DNA of 46,052 nt from a virus (lineage: Duplodnaviria; Caudoviricetes), in the IMG/VR virus record IMGVR_UViG_3300017780_008441, positions 1 through 46,052 of that record, one strand, 5' to 3'. Of this stretch, positions 17,887 through 27,664 are shown one piece after another. Each line of letters starts with the position of its first letter. The stretch's first letter is position 1. A model generated the notes under the pieces. The model ran no database searches. It saw nothing but the letters and a program-made list of their open reading frames with translations, and was not told where the DNA came from. A program made the translations under genes and the position numbers.

Positions 17887-18315
17887 ATGCATTCAGTATA
17901 CAAAAAACATGCAACAACAGCACGTTCCAACAAACACAACAAAGTTGCTACAAACAAACTCAAAAAATCATCCAAAAAGATGGCCAAAGAGTCTACATTC
18001 CATGACATCTACATGGCATTGCTTGCAGAGAATGCGGAGCCCATTGTTGAAACAACCATCAATGACATTGCTGATAAAATGTCATTTGTATGTGAGCATC
18101 TAAAGGATCCTTATACTCGCGACAAAGCTATGACCATCTTACGTCACTTGGGTCGCAAGGTTGTTGAGCTCACTGAATCTAAAAAGAAAAAGGTCATGGT
18201 CAAAAAATCAGAAGAAGAAGAATTCAATGCTAAAAAAGCTGATCGCAACAAAGATGGCAAAGTTTCTGGTTGGGAGAAAAAGGTTGGTGCTAAAGTAGCT
18301 GCAGCTAAAAAATGA
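17887..18315 (+). CDS. Lys-rich hypothetical protein with a DxNxDGK motif
   Basis: 142 aa; ADRNKDGKVSGWEK; ATAAATA at 17872-17878. Confidence 0.7.
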   Translation: MHSVYKKHATTARSNKHNKVATNKLKKSSKKMAKESTFHDIYMALLAENAEPIVETTINDIADKMSFVCEHLKDPYTRDKAMTILRHLGRKVVELTESKKKKVMVKKSEEEEFNAKKADRNKDGKVSGWEKKVGAKVAAAKK

Positions 18316-18464
18316 AAACTTTTGAACAATTGTATCAACAAGTCATCTTGGAAAAGAAAGATGCTTGCTACAAGAAAGCAAAAACTAAATACAGTGTATT
18401 TCCCAGTGCATATGCCAGTGGATACATTGCACGATGCCGCAAACGCAAAGGTAAAATCAAATGA
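18312..18464 (+). CDS. 50-aa basic protein with a capsid-targeting-like N-terminus (missed by the ORF track)
   Basis: MKTFEQLYQQVILEKKDACYKKAKTKYSVFPSAYASGYIARCRKRKGKIK*; ATGA overlaps with both neighbours. Confidence 0.8.
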   Translation: MKTFEQLYQQVILEKKDACYKKAKTKYSVFPSAYASGYIARCRKRKGKIK

Positions 18465-18703
18465 AAACCTTTGAAGAATTCTTTACTGAAAATCTGCGTG
18501 ATTGGTTCAAAGGCCATCGCGATGCCAAGACTGGTAAAAAATTCAAAGGTTGGATCAACTGCAAGACTGGTGGACCATGTGGCAGAGACAACACATCCAA
18601 AGGTTCATATCCTGCATGCAGGCCCACTCATCAACAGTGCAAAAAAATCAAAACCAAAATGTATAAAAAGAAAGGGGCTGCCAGAGTGCAGTGGAAAAAA
18701 TGA
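18461..18703 (+). CDS. Basic Cys-rich protein with a T4 IP-like capsid-targeting sequence
   Basis: MKTFEEFFTE-NLRDWF...GWIN...CGR...YPACRP. Confidence 0.8.
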   Translation: MKTFEEFFTENLRDWFKGHRDAKTGKKFKGWINCKTGGPCGRDNTSKGSYPACRPTHQQCKKIKTKMYKKKGAARVQWKK

Positions 18704-19083
18704 GCAAATACGCAAGAAAAAAACCAGATGATGATGCATTGTATTACTTGCCTGAATTTGAAGTGTTGTATGTAAGTGGCAGTCCAACAATAGTATACAA
18801 GCCTCTGCAACTGAAACTCAAACCCATTTCACCTGATGAGATTGAAGATGCTTTGTATTTTTACAATGATGCAGACAATTGGATTCAAGTGGATAGCGCA
18901 CACTTGAAACAAATCAAGTCAGAGTATGGCAAAGAGATACCAGGCAACAATGCTGCTTTCTTTGCAAAATTAAGACAAGAAAATGGCATGCCGCCATACA
19001 ATGACAAGCATGCCAGAAAAACTTTTACAAGCTTTGAATCTTTTTATCAACTAGCAGCCATGCCCAGCAAGAAAATCATTTGA
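18700..19083 (+). CDS. Hypothetical protein
   Basis: Likely start ATG 18700 overlapping the previous TGA. Confidence 0.65.
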   Translation: MSKYARKKPDDDALYYLPEFEVLYVSGSPTIVYKPLQLKLKPISPDEIEDALYFYNDADNWIQVDSAHLKQIKSEYGKEIPGNNAAFFAKLRQENGMPPYNDKHARKTFTSFESFYQLAAMPSKKII

Positions 19084-19538
19084 CCAATATTTAAACTGTC
19101 TGAAACAACACCTGTCAAATGGGCTTTGGCAATTGGAGAAAGCTTCTTCGGACCAGCTCTTGTAATGATGCTGAGCAATCTTTGTATAATAGTGCTGATG
19201 TCAGTAACAGCTTTCTTGTTTTTGCTAGCATCCAAGTTAAAATAGGCAATGGTGCCACGGTATAATTTACCAATGAATTGCTTGTCTTTGGAAGAAAACG
19301 GAGAACTGATTCCAAGATAGTTGGATTCTGTTGATTGTTTCTTTTTCTTCTTGGATCCTTGCTTGCTGTATGCTTCTTTGAGTAGTTTATCAAAAACAAA
19401 GGTTTTGATTTCACGCTCTTCATACAATGCATGTACAGCATTAGAGAATGAAGAATTGCGTAATGCAATCATTTGTTCATTTGTTGGTAAAGTATTGTTA
19501 TACTTGTACTCTTCGAATATGCGTCTGAGAGATGTCAT
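19047..19538 (-). CDS. Hypothetical late protein
   Basis: Likely start MTSLRRIFEEY at 19538, behind a perfect TATAAATA at 19544-19551. Confidence 0.65.
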   Translation of the reverse strand: MTSLRRIFEEYKYNNTLPTNEQMIALRNSSFSNAVHALYEEREIKTFVFDKLLKEAYSKQGSKKKKKQSTESNYLGISSPFSSKDKQFIGKLYRGTIAYFNLDASKNKKAVTDISTIIQRLLSIITRAGPKKLSPIAKAHLTGVVSDSLNIGQMIFLLGMAAS

Positions 19539-19557
19539 ATGTTTATTTATAGTTGTA

Positions 19558-21351
19558 TCAACCAAAAGTGCTGAATTTTGTTGCTGCGCGGCGACGGCCT
19601 TTAGCAATGCTAGCGGCTCCACTGAGACTGGTACTGATGGTATCATTGATGCTGAAACAAGCATCTGCAGGCAATACACCAGGTATAACTACATTAAGAT
19701 CATCAAATGACTTGGCACCATCTCCTTTGTTGCGACTCAAGAAATTTTTGAAAGTATCTAAAGCTTTTTCTATTTCTTGTTCATCTAGTTTAGCATTGGC
19801 ATACATGCCTCTGATGAATGCACCAATTTGCGCTTCATTGCCCATTTTGAGCTGTGCAGCAGCAGACTTGAGACCGTTGTATCTCTTCTCTTCTTCCACC
19901 AAGAACCTGCTCATAAAATCACCACCTTCTGCAACGATCTTACCATTCAGTAAGCCGCCTGGATGAGCCACCTTGAGAGTGCTGCGAATCTGTCCAATGC
20001 CCTCTGATCTGAATTTAGGTAAAATTCTGCTGAGACTCATTAAATCTTTAATGCCTTCAGGTGTGTATCTTACATCTGGTCTCAAATTATACAACAGTGC
20101 ACGACCCACAAAGCTGATGTAGCTGTTGGTTGTTGAGATGTTGATGGTACCAGTTTTTGGATCTTTGGCTAAATCGTCAATGGATTGAGTTTCAGTTTTG
20201 TATGCAAGATCATCCAAATCAAACAATGCCATGTTGCGTACAAATGTAGCAAAAGCAGCACCCCATGGAATACCGCAACGTTGTGCAGCTTTTGTCTCTG
20301 TTGCCTTTAAATAAAAATCTGGATCTGGTTTCTCACCTTTTTCAACTTTCTTGTCATACATCTCGTGAATTGCTCTATAGTCTGTTGAAAACGCTACAAG
20401 TGAACGAGGTGTTACAAATGCTTGGTCTTGTGGTCCATTTGGCACTTGGTAGAATGCATTGAATCCACCACTTTCTTGTTTGCCAGTTGCATTAACTTTA
20501 ACAAAGTCAATGACATCAGGATGAACACCGTTTTGTAATGCATATTCAATCCAGGACTCTGGATCAGGGACAAATGCACCCAATGAAAATCTGTTGCGAA
20601 GAGCAGGATCAAGTTCAGTTGTACCATTAAATTCATTACCTAGGTTAGCTGCAGCAAGCATAGCAACACCTGCTGCAATAGGCTTTTCAACAATGACACG
20701 ATCCAATGTAACTTGCAACAATGCATTGAGAGTCGGTGCAATGCCACGATTCAACTCATCAAAAAACATAACACCAGCAGCATCTGGATGTGTGCACCAC
20801 GCTACCCAGCCTGGTGGCTTATATTTTAAAGATTTGGATTTGGAACGAATGTCAGGGATGCCTCGAATATCTTCTGGAAGATATTCAGATGCTCGCATAT
20901 CAAACATGACATAATATTTTTTAACATCAGGACCTGCTAGAAATTCATCAATTCTCTCAACGATGTCCTTCCATTTTATGAATGTACGATTTGGTGGTGT
21001 TGAAGCTTTAATTGCTTGTTGAATAACACCAGATTTGCCAATACCAGCATCACCATATACCAACATAGGCTGTTGAGTAATAATGCTGATATTGAGCAAT
21101 GTTACCAACATTTTTGTGTTGGAAGCAGGTATATTGTAATCCTTGAAAGGTGTAGTTACTGGTTCTTCAGTTGCAGAACTAACAAACGTTGATTTGCCAC
21201 CAACACGTTTTTGAGATGGATTCACAAATGAGCCTTGCGGAGAAAGTTGATATGGATCCATGTCTAAAAGAGATGGTTCAGGCTGTTCAGCTTCTTCTTG
21301 AGTGTATTTTTCTGCTCTTCTAAAATTTGTGTAATGCTTGTTAAAGGACAT
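19558..21351 (-). CDS. MoxR/AAA_5-like AAA+ ATPase
   Basis: GDAGIGKS Walker A, MFFDELNR Walker B, LAAAN sensor, ELDPALRNRF arginine finger. Confidence 0.88.
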   Translation of the reverse strand: MSFNKHYTNFRRAEKYTQEEAEQPEPSLLDMDPYQLSPQGSFVNPSQKRVGGKSTFVSSATEEPVTTPFKDYNIPASNTKMLVTLLNISIITQQPMLVYGDAGIGKSGVIQQAIKASTPPNRTFIKWKDIVERIDEFLAGPDVKKYYVMFDMRASEYLPEDIRGIPDIRSKSKSLKYKPPGWVAWCTHPDAAGVMFFDELNRGIAPTLNALLQVTLDRVIVEKPIAAGVAMLAAANLGNEFNGTTELDPALRNRFSLGAFVPDPESWIEYALQNGVHPDVIDFVKVNATGKQESGGFNAFYQVPNGPQDQAFVTPRSLVAFSTDYRAIHEMYDKKVEKGEKPDPDFYLKATETKAAQRCGIPWGAAFATFVRNMALFDLDDLAYKTETQSIDDLAKDPKTGTINISTTNSYISFVGRALLYNLRPDVRYTPEGIKDLMSLSRILPKFRSEGIGQIRSTLKVAHPGGLLNGKIVAEGGDFMSRFLVEEEKRYNGLKSAAAQLKMGNEAQIGAFIRGMYANAKLDEQEIEKALDTFKNFLSRNKGDGAKSFDDLNVVIPGVLPADACFSINDTISTSLSGAASIAKGRRRAATKFSTFG

Positions 21352-21377
21352 ATTGTTATTTATTTGAGGCCATCATT

Positions 21378-23219
21378 TTAGATACGGTTAATCTTAGCTG
21401 CAACAACATTATAACCAAGTCTTTTGACTGACTTGATAAAAGTTGCATTTTGGTTTTCCATTTGTTCTTTTGTTTTGGTGATGATAACAGCTTTTTTGCC
21501 TGTTGTGATCATTTGTGGATCAGTAGGATCTGCAACATCAGCATCTGTAATATAAATGACTGTATCACTTGATTTAACTTTGATGCGCTTGCCATCAACA
21601 TATCCACGTACACAAGATATGACTGTTCCACCTGTTCCTGCATTTTTAAATGCATCAAATACTTTGTTGATGGCTACTGCAGAGCTGGATGAATATTTGA
21701 TGTTGCCAGAATCAAAAGATACTTCACCGTCCCAAAATAAAATTCTGATGCTAGCATTAGGAATTTTTTTGATGAAATCAGTGATTGCACTCACCAAGCT
21801 TGGAATCTCACCATGCATTGAGCCAGAACTATCAATCAAGAAATATACAGTAGGCATATCTTGCACGTTAACAATTCTACCTACCCATGCTCCTGTACCA
21901 TATGTAGAACGTGTTGGTCTGGCTTGAGTTGTTGTATATTCAGGTGATGCAGCAACTGAATTGATGAGTCTTTTCCAATCAATGGGAGGTGGTGGATACT
22001 TTGCAAGAATTTGATCCAACATTGGATCCTTGACATTGGAAATTCTAGCAGCTTCTTTTCTAGCATCATCCACCATGCGACGAATGCGCTCAGCATGTTC
22101 CTGAGCTTCTTGCGGTGTCATTGTTCCTTCATCTTGAATATGTTGATCAATGGGTTGTGCACCAGGCTGCAATGCTTTGCCTGGTCCATGCTCTTGTCCA
22201 GGACTACCACCACCTGGTCCTTCGCCAGGTTGTTGTCCTTTGTCTTTGCCAGGTTGTTGTCCTTTGTCTTTGCCAGGTTGTTGTCCTTTGTCTTTGCCAG
22301 GTTGTTGTCCTTTGTCTTTGCCAGGATCTCTGGGCTGACTAGGAAAATCACCACCACCTTCATCGTCATCATCTTTGCCAGGAGGTGGTTGACCGCCGCC
22401 CCCACCACCGGCTTTATTCAACTCATATATAACATCATACAAGTTTTCTTGTGTCATCTTGGTTATATCAACTAAGACACGCTCAGCAGGCACTGTGCCA
22501 CCTTGTTGTCCAGCTGGAGCAGCATTAATGATGCCCTTGCTTATAGCAACATCTACAGGCATTTTGACAATCACAACTTTGGTATGTTTTTTGATGTAAT
22601 CTTTGATGGCTGATTTTGGAGCAGTATTGAGATAATCTTTAAATTTATTAACATCAATGATGAAGGTTATATCAGCAGTTGCATCACTACTATAATCTTT
22701 AGGATTTGCGAGTTCAGGTACTAATCCCATTGTTGGCAATGCAATGCCAGCACGAATCAACTCAAGATTCATGATGTAGTCAGTTGCAATGTTCCACAGT
22801 TTATGATTATCACGAGTGCCAATGCGCACCAATGATTGTGACATGATGTGATAAACTTCATGAGCAACAACACCATCAAATTCTTCTTGTGTCAACACTT
22901 TGGAACCAAAGAAAGTATTGATCATGATGGTTGTACCAGTGTAAGTTACAGCCATGGTATTGACTCCTTTGTTGTTGCCAGGTGGCAAGTATATGAAAGT
23001 GCACTTCATTGCAAACACTGCAAAGAAAGGATTTGTTCTTCTCAAAAACAAATATGTAGCAAGAAATTTATCGCGGCAGTTTTTTTCTAGTGCTGCAGCT
23101 TCTTCTGGACTAACTGGTTTACTTGCTTCATCCATGAGTGCATCATTGGATTCAAAAAGCATTTTACGAGATGCATATTTGCAGTATGCTTCATATATTT
23201 TTGACAGATCAGAAATCAT
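21378..23219 (-). CDS. DUF2201-type metallopeptidase (HExxH) plus VWA domain protein, partner of the AAA ATPase
   Basis: NTMAV, VVAHEVYH, WNIATDYIMN, IDWKRL, IDSSGSM MIDAS, GGT, IYITD. Confidence 0.88.
   Translation of the reverse strand: MISDLSKIYEAYCKYASRKMLFESNDALMDEASKPVSPEEAAALEKNCRDKFLATYLFLRRTNPFFAVFAMKCTFIYLPPGNNKGVNTMAVTYTGTTIMINTFFGSKVLTQEEFDGVVAHEVYHIMSQSLVRIGTRDNHKLWNIATDYIMNLELIRAGIALPTMGLVPELANPKDYSSDATADITFIIDVNKFKDYLNTAPKSAIKDYIKKHTKVVIVKMPVDVAISKGIINAAPAGQQGGTVPAERVLVDITKMTQENLYDVIYELNKAGGGGGGQPPPGKDDDDEGGGDFPSQPRDPGKDKGQQPGKDKGQQPGKDKGQQPGKDKGQQPGEGPGGGSPGQEHGPGKALQPGAQPIDQHIQDEGTMTPQEAQEHAERIRRMVDDARKEAARISNVKDPMLDQILAKYPPPPIDWKRLINSVAASPEYTTTQARPTRSTYGTGAWVGRIVNVQDMPTVYFLIDSSGSMHGEIPSLVSAITDFIKKIPNASIRILFWDGEVSFDSGNIKYSSSSAVAINKVFDAFKNAGTGGTVISCVRGYVDGKRIKVKSSDTVIYITDADVADPTDPQMITTGKKAVIITKTKEQMENQNATFIKSVKRLGYNVVAAKINRI
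22224..22325. repeat. 24-bp coding tandem repeat x4.25 (KDKGQQPG)
   Basis: GCCAGGTTGTTGTCCTTTGTCTTT repeated perfectly four times plus a partial copy. Confidence 0.95.
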
Positions 23220-23231
23220 AATAGTTATTTA

Positions 23232-25031
23232 TTAAAACATATCACCAATATCAGCTAGATCATCTCCAATGTCTTGTCTCAATTGCGATTTAAATTGTTT
23301 GTATTCTTCAACTGTTTGAATTATGCTGGATGGAAATAATGCATATGCAATATCATTATTTCCATATCCAATGTAATCAACTGCTAAACATATGTAATCA
23401 GAATCTGGCCAGCTGCATTGATTTTTTAACTGCAAATACATTGTAACTGCATCAGAAAGTCCGCGCATATTCTCATCACTCACTCTGCTGCTCAACATTT
23501 TATTCAAACCATTTTGTGCTATAATGATTGTTTTTTTGTCATTGATTTTTTTGAATGACGATAAAAATTTCAATTGCTGCAGCTGTGTAAAATCTTTAGT
23601 TTTAAATACAACTATATTAATTGCAGCAGCATCAGCAACAGAAGATTGTGTCAATTCACCATCAAAATTACCCAGAGTGTTGCCTATTATAGATGTTATG
23701 GAATGTGTACTTTGTTGTTTTATTTGCTGTTTTGTTTGTTGTGTAAAAATAAATGAATAGTTGTTTGTATATGTGTATGAAAAATATTCATCTGAACCAA
23801 ATTTAAACACTGCATTGGGTTGTCTGTTTTCATTGTACTCTTCACCATCAATCCACAACAATGCTTCTGCATCTGGTGCAATTCTCATGATGACACTGGG
23901 ATCTTGTTGTGTGCTTTGCAACTTTCCATGATCAAAATTGAGAATCAAGTCAGGTCCAAAAGCTTTGATGCCATGATACTGTCCAAGAAACATAGGCTGC
24001 TTGGCAATTGATTCTTTGATGAATTTGATGTATGATGCAATTGTGTCTTTGAAACGTGATGCTGCAACAGAGTAATCCACATCAACTATTTGAGACACCA
24101 TTACACGCAAATGATTTACAATGTTTTTTGAATTTAAAGTGTAAGAGTAACCAAAGAAGTGTTTGATCAATGTACCAGCCAAATTCTTATCTTGTTGAAC
24201 TCCATTTTTGTAATAATATCTAAAATTTCTGCTTGCAAATGGTTTGAATAAACTGGCACCATGACCAGCCTGTGGGCCAAGTGATGATATAGTAAATTGA
24301 TTTTGGTATTGATAAAAGACAATTGAACAGCCTTGTGATCCTGTTTTTACCATGATGTAATCTCCATATGGCTGCACTGCTGCATCAGTTGCAAGTGAGA
24401 CATCAAGCAGTGACAATGCTGCTGCATACATTGCAATATTTTTTGCAGCATATTGTTCATCAGCAACACCCACTGCATAAAATGGAAAAATCAAATTACT
24501 AGGAAAATTTACAACAAATACAGGCTGCAAACCAGATGCATTTGTTGTGATTTTATCTTTTACTCTGCTCAATGCTGCTGGACCATCTGTGTAGGTCATA
24601 TTCTTGCTGGCTTGATCCAAAGCAGTTGCAACAGCAGATATGTATGCTAAATTGTTGTCACTTATTTGTTGATGTTTTTGTGCATCAAATTTTTCTATGA
24701 TGCCTGCACTTTTGGATACAGCTTTATCCAAGATGTCTATTCTTTTGTCAACTGGCACTGCATCATCTGGCTGCATTACACGCTCCAAGTATTGGGAGGT
24801 GAATTTATATTCTTTGCCATCTCCAAAGTCTACACCAATTTTAAGACTCATGCTGTATGGATATCTGGCTATCACAGTGCCTTGCTTGCCTGCCATGCTT
24901 TGGTTCTTCTTGGGCTCATAGCCAGCAGTCGTGATGATGTTTTTTACAACTACTGTATCACCAACATCAAGTTTGAATCTTGGATTTCTGTTGGGATTGA
25001 CTGCCTCAAATAGTTGCTCAAATGTAAACAT
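23232..25031 (-). CDS. Large hypothetical late protein with an N-terminal KOW/SH3-like segment
   Basis: 599 aa; MFTFEQLFE start; LDVGDTVVVK...AGKQGTVIA; TATAAATA at 25038-25045. Confidence 0.8.
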   Translation of the reverse strand: MFTFEQLFEAVNPNRNPRFKLDVGDTVVVKNIITTAGYEPKKNQSMAGKQGTVIARYPYSMSLKIGVDFGDGKEYKFTSQYLERVMQPDDAVPVDKRIDILDKAVSKSAGIIEKFDAQKHQQISDNNLAYISAVATALDQASKNMTYTDGPAALSRVKDKITTNASGLQPVFVVNFPSNLIFPFYAVGVADEQYAAKNIAMYAAALSLLDVSLATDAAVQPYGDYIMVKTGSQGCSIVFYQYQNQFTISSLGPQAGHGASLFKPFASRNFRYYYKNGVQQDKNLAGTLIKHFFGYSYTLNSKNIVNHLRVMVSQIVDVDYSVAASRFKDTIASYIKFIKESIAKQPMFLGQYHGIKAFGPDLILNFDHGKLQSTQQDPSVIMRIAPDAEALLWIDGEEYNENRQPNAVFKFGSDEYFSYTYTNNYSFIFTQQTKQQIKQQSTHSITSIIGNTLGNFDGELTQSSVADAAAINIVVFKTKDFTQLQQLKFLSSFKKINDKKTIIIAQNGLNKMLSSRVSDENMRGLSDAVTMYLQLKNQCSWPDSDYICLAVDYIGYGNNDIAYALFPSSIIQTVEEYKQFKSQLRQDIGDDLADIGDMF

Positions 25032-25044
25032 ATGATGTATTTAT

Positions 25045-25078
25045 AAAAAAAGCGTTGAGGTAGCAATCCCTCAACGCT
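25045..25078 (-). terminator. Rho-independent terminator after the major capsid gene
   Basis: On the - strand AGCGTTGAGG-loop-CCTCAACGCT followed by a T run, which runs directly into the next late promoter. Confidence 0.9.
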
Positions 25079-25100
25079 GAATTTTCCGTTTTCCCTTCGT

Positions 25101-26543
25101 TTAGAAGTAGACGCTTTGTGATCCTGGAGTAAACGCAGTACCTAAATTCTGGATAATGATAATGTGATAGTACAAGTCAGCACCAAAGATATTGTCAACC
25201 ACACCGTAGCGAGTCAATAGACCGACGCGTGGAGCAAAATCATTGGGACCAATTGTACGCTGCACCATTACAGGGATGTAAGGGCAGTACACGATACCGC
25301 TATCATAGAATTCGCTTCCCTTGTAACCAAGCAAGGCATATTCAATGCCACCTGATGGTGGATTGCCATAACCTTGTTGTCCGTATACGCTGACATTCTG
25401 CACTTCTGTGCGAGTATCGCGGTATACATTGAATCTACCACCAAGGTTACCTACTTTGGCAACACCAGTTGGCTGGGTGTTTACGTTGCCTTGGACAGGT
25501 ACCCATTGGAATTCTGGCAGCATTTCGAGGATGGCGCAAACACGTGGGGTTGCCACGATAAAGTTTGCAGCACCACGACGAGTGCGGACAGCAATTCTGT
25601 TAGATTCAATGATCAGTCTTTGGTAGAAGTCGCGGTTGCGCTCAACGAGCCAACGGCCATCTGCTGAAGCTGGGCTCCAGAAAGAGTAGCGGCTGCCATT
25701 GAGTGCGGATTGGATCATTCTGATGATCATTTCACGGTCGATTTCAGCTTGGATTTCATATGCCATAGCATTTGTAATCTCAGCATCAATGTCGATACCG
25801 TTCATGTTCTTCAAATCTTGTTCCAATTCCACGCTCCAGCGAGCACCAAGTCTACGAGTACCAGCTTCAACAGCTGTTTTCTCGAAGCTTACCTCGACAG
25901 TTGGGATATTGCTGTTGATTTCGAAGTTCTTCAAAAGTTCAGCAACACCCTTGTCTTGGTCAGCAAAAGACCAGACGCCAGCCAAACCAGTCAGAGAGGT
26001 GGAGCTTGTACCAGTGTATCTAGTATCAAGGAATTGGTAACCCAATTCCGCGCTAGATGCACCAAACTGCGTACGGCCACTACCAGGTGTAGTACCTGCA
26101 CCATCAGTGAAGGGACTTGCTCCAAGAGGAGTATTGGTGTATTTGTAACGCAGAGCAAATGCGAGGCCCACTGGGCCACTCATTGGCTGAACTCCGACGA
26201 TCTCATTACTGATCAGTTCGGGGAAGGTACGGCGAATCATTGGAATCAAGATCTTGGGCAGACGAGCATCTCCTGCAGCATATGTATCGCCAGAGAATTG
26301 GTTTGCACTACCAACGCTACCGAATGCGGACCCACCGGTTCCACCTCCAGAAATGTTGGCTTCGCTCAAGCACCACTGTTCCTGGTTTTCCAGTAGCATA
26401 GCAGTGTTGAGACGAGTGTGTTCTTCTTCAATAGGCGCTACATTCTTGGAAGTGTAATCCAAAACTGGAGTCCACTTCTCAAGGAGAGCACGTGCACGAT
26501 CTTGACTTATATAAGCTTGTGTTGGCCTAATTTGTTGTTTCAT
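25101..26543 (-). CDS. gp23: Major capsid protein, T4 gp23 family
   Basis: LLEKWTPVLD, MLLENQE, LIPMIRR, GVQPMSGPVGLAFALR, WSVELEQDLK, EIQAEIDRE, GYKG, YCPYIP, TRYG. Confidence 0.97.
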   Translation of the reverse strand: MKQQIRPTQAYISQDRARALLEKWTPVLDYTSKNVAPIEEEHTRLNTAMLLENQEQWCLSEANISGGGTGGSAFGSVGSANQFSGDTYAAGDARLPKILIPMIRRTFPELISNEIVGVQPMSGPVGLAFALRYKYTNTPLGASPFTDGAGTTPGSGRTQFGASSAELGYQFLDTRYTGTSSTSLTGLAGVWSFADQDKGVAELLKNFEINSNIPTVEVSFEKTAVEAGTRRLGARWSVELEQDLKNMNGIDIDAEITNAMAYEIQAEIDREMIIRMIQSALNGSRYSFWSPASADGRWLVERNRDFYQRLIIESNRIAVRTRRGAANFIVATPRVCAILEMLPEFQWVPVQGNVNTQPTGVAKVGNLGGRFNVYRDTRTEVQNVSVYGQQGYGNPPSGGIEYALLGYKGSEFYDSGIVYCPYIPVMVQRTIGPNDFAPRVGLLTRYGVVDNIFGADLYYHIIIIQNLGTAFTPGSQSVYF

Positions 26544-26620
26544 CGCAGTATTTTTCCTATAATATCATGGGAAAATTTCCCATGTAACTCAGACATAATA
26601 TGTCTCATGTTAAAAATCTT

Positions 26621-27502
26621 TTAGTACTTGCGCAGTTCAGACATATAGTTGCTGACGTAAGCTTGTTCTTCGAGGATGTTGTCCTCTTCCACTTGCTCTA
26701 CAAGGGGAACTTCTTCATTTGCAACTGTGTAAAACTTTGCTTGTTCTTTGAGAACATCTACGCGTTCTTGTTCAGACTTGTCAAACAGACCAATGGTGTA
26801 ATCCAGGTTCTCAGCAATGAACTGAGCAGATTTGCCAGAAAGAACTTTGCGCGCATAAGTGCGCTTCTTATCAGACAAATGTGCTGTCTTGTGCTCGAAC
26901 ACCAACTCAGCGTTGGATCTATCAAGTCGGCGTTGCAGCTCTTGAGCTTGCACACGTAGGTTCTCAAGCTCATGATGAGCTTCATTAATTTGTTTCTTGC
27001 CATCAATAACAGCACTGCGAACAGACTCTTTCATAAGAGTTGTGTCAATGGCTAATGAATGGCGGAGATTTTCTAAAATTGTAAATGCTTGGCGATTGCG
27101 AACAGCTTCATTGATGGATTCAGATGGAATCTTGGCATCAATGTACTTTTCCATGTACATGCTGATCATTTTGACCAAGTTCTTTTCAAATCCTTTGGCC
27201 TCTGTATAAAGAGCTTTGCGGTATCTGTTAACAACCAGTGTAAGCTTTTTGGCATTGTTGTTATCAATTGCTTCAGCAATTTTGATCATTTTTTGGCTGT
27301 GATCTACATCAATGGCTTCAAGTAAATTCTTGAGCTTGGCAGCGTATTCTTCATCTTGACTGACAAGAGCTTGTTCAACGTTGAGTTGAACTTTGCTGTT
27401 GACAGCTTCATTGAAAACTTTTTCAATAGCAGAAAGTGACTCTTCAGTCAATAGACCTTGAGTTGCTTCTTTAAGAACTTGGGCGATGTTGTCTTTTGCC
27501 AT
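26621..27502 (-). CDS. gp22: Prohead core scaffold protein
   Basis: Coiled-coil and E-rich; FNEAVNSKV; ends YMSEL; directly upstream of gp23. Confidence 0.8.
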   Translation of the reverse strand: MAKDNIAQVLKEATQGLLTEESLSAIEKVFNEAVNSKVQLNVEQALVSQDEEYAAKLKNLLEAIDVDHSQKMIKIAEAIDNNNAKKLTLVVNRYRKALYTEAKGFEKNLVKMISMYMEKYIDAKIPSESINEAVRNRQAFTILENLRHSLAIDTTLMKESVRSAVIDGKKQINEAHHELENLRVQAQELQRRLDRSNAELVFEHKTAHLSDKKRTYARKVLSGKSAQFIAENLDYTIGLFDKSEQERVDVLKEQAKFYTVANEEVPLVEQVEEDNILEEQAYVSNYMSELRKY

Positions 27503-27503
27503 A

Positions 27504-27659
27504 TTATTTGAAAGGGTTGCTGTTTTTAGCTGCGTTGGAGATACGAGTGCGGAGCTTGCTCTCTACCACTGTACCCAAATATTTATTGGCCTCACTGTAA
27601 TTTTTTTGACCAAGTGAGCTAATAAATTTCAAAATGTTTTGTTTTTCAAACTTATTCAT
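27504..27659 (-). CDS. 51-aa prohead core protein, gp67-like (missed by the ORF track)
   Basis: MNKFEKQNILKFISSLGQKNYSEANKYLGTVVESKLRTRISNAAKNSNPFK* fills the gp21-gp22 gap exactly. Confidence 0.7.
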   Translation of the reverse strand: MNKFEKQNILKFISSLGQKNYSEANKYLGTVVESKLRTRISNAAKNSNPFK

Positions 27660-27664
27660 TGTTA

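Noticed and set aside
22224-22325. Diversity-generating or phase-variable repeat
   Set aside because: In-frame 24-bp unit in a disordered linker; copy-number changes would not shift the frame, and no reverse transcriptase is present in the window.
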